Shown here in pieces: positions 63,401 through 64,000 of a DNA stretch of 64,000 nucleotides (the first letter of the stretch is position 1; every line of letters starts with the position of its first letter). The stretch spans positions 4,960,001-5,024,000 of the forward strand of contig JBLDXI010000024.1 of the NCBI GenBank assembly GCA_047495785.1, read 5' to 3'. The DNA is from Lepidodermella squamata (taxonomy: Eukaryota; Animalia; Gastrotricha). Below the pieces are notes generated by a model. It was not told the DNA's origin. It saw only the letters and a list, made by a program, of their open reading frames with translations, and made no database searches. A program made the position numbers and the translations under genes.

Positions 63401-64000
63401 TTTTACATGGTCATCAAAGAGATGATTTTAAGCGATATAAAGGTGAGATTTCATTTCTCACAGATTTGCCGGAGGCTTTAACTGTTCTCTAAACAGATGT
63501 CGGAGCAAGAAAAAGCGAGGCATCGGTTGCTCAAGTCTTGTTTCAACATGGCCATGTACATAAATCATTCCGTCAATTTTTTCATCTACTGCCTATCCGC
63601 AAAGAAATTTCGCGACGTATTCATGCAGGTGTTAACATGCCGAGGTGAAGGGCACCTTGAAGCCCTGATAACTCGGCAAAAGATAGGAGGAGCTGGTCTC
63701 GGAGGCGGCATGCTCAAAACCCTCCACCGGTACACGGCTAGTAACAGCGTTAACGGCTCGCAGGATTTCGCTGGAGCTGCCACGATGGTTTCGAAATTAA
63801 AGCTTCCAAGTGGAAGTAACGAGTTACTCGGTGAAACCTCGGGCCCTATAACTGTTACGTCAACCTCTCTGACCCCATTAAAACCTATGCCAGTATTAGC
63901 CGGTTCCAATGTGGCTCTAGCTGAGCCAACCTCGACTACGGCGCTCCTGGAGCCGCCAAGCAACGAACCTAGTCACGCTTCAGTGGGTATTCAAACAAGC
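60444..64000 (+). CDS. Rhodopsin-family (class A) GPCR, FMRFamide/peptide-receptor-like; 3' end beyond the window
   Basis: Predicted exons 60444-60699 (less certain), 62043-62519, 62758-63317, 63368-63442, 63497->64000 join in frame. Motifs: TM1 GTFGN, TM2 LAYFD, TM3 TADRLIAVRFP, TM5 GPF, TM6 VVFLVMNTP, TM7 NHSVNFFIY and helix-8 KKFR. Confidence 0.88.
60788..61361 (+). mobile_element. 5'-truncated RTE-like non-LTR retrotransposon in predicted GPCR intron 1
   Basis: Frame 60801-61256 reads RLDYLGHIIRM...KRPVGKPRTRWLDAV...ALDRVEWRKIV, typical of the RTE ORF C-terminus. AATAAA and (CATTT)2 tail. Candidate 12-bp TSD TTCAATATTAAA at 60776-60787 / 61362-61373. Confidence 0.8.

Noticed and set aside
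63586-63963. 125-aa minus-strand ORF
   Set aside because: It is the antisense shadow of the GPCR's last visible exon.

Overview
Eukaryotic DNA, probably from an invertebrate metazoan (GT-AG introns, Pol III-type tRNA genes without encoded CCA, abundant CpG). Positions 1-~57,680 are a nearly identical tandem array of a ~3.38 kb unit. Each unit carries 20 tRNA genes with 20 different anticodons for 14 amino acids. There are 14 full units plus a partial 15th, about 300 tRNA genes in the window, and the array runs off the left edge. The array is interrupted three times: (i) an apparently intact 3,739 bp Mutator/MULE transposon with a 6-exon transposase gene; (ii) a 3.29 kb non-autonomous TIR element carrying nested MITEs; (iii) an 843 bp internal duplication formed by recombination between tRNA-Thr and tRNA-Ala genes, leaving a chimeric tRNA. 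Right of the array is a multi-exon rhodopsin-family peptide GPCR gene with a 5'-truncated RTE-like LINE in its predicted first intron. Almost all short ORFs in the supplied track are spurious translations of tRNA genes. Only the tRNAs of the first unit are listed individually. All coordinates, folds and splice models were derived by eye.
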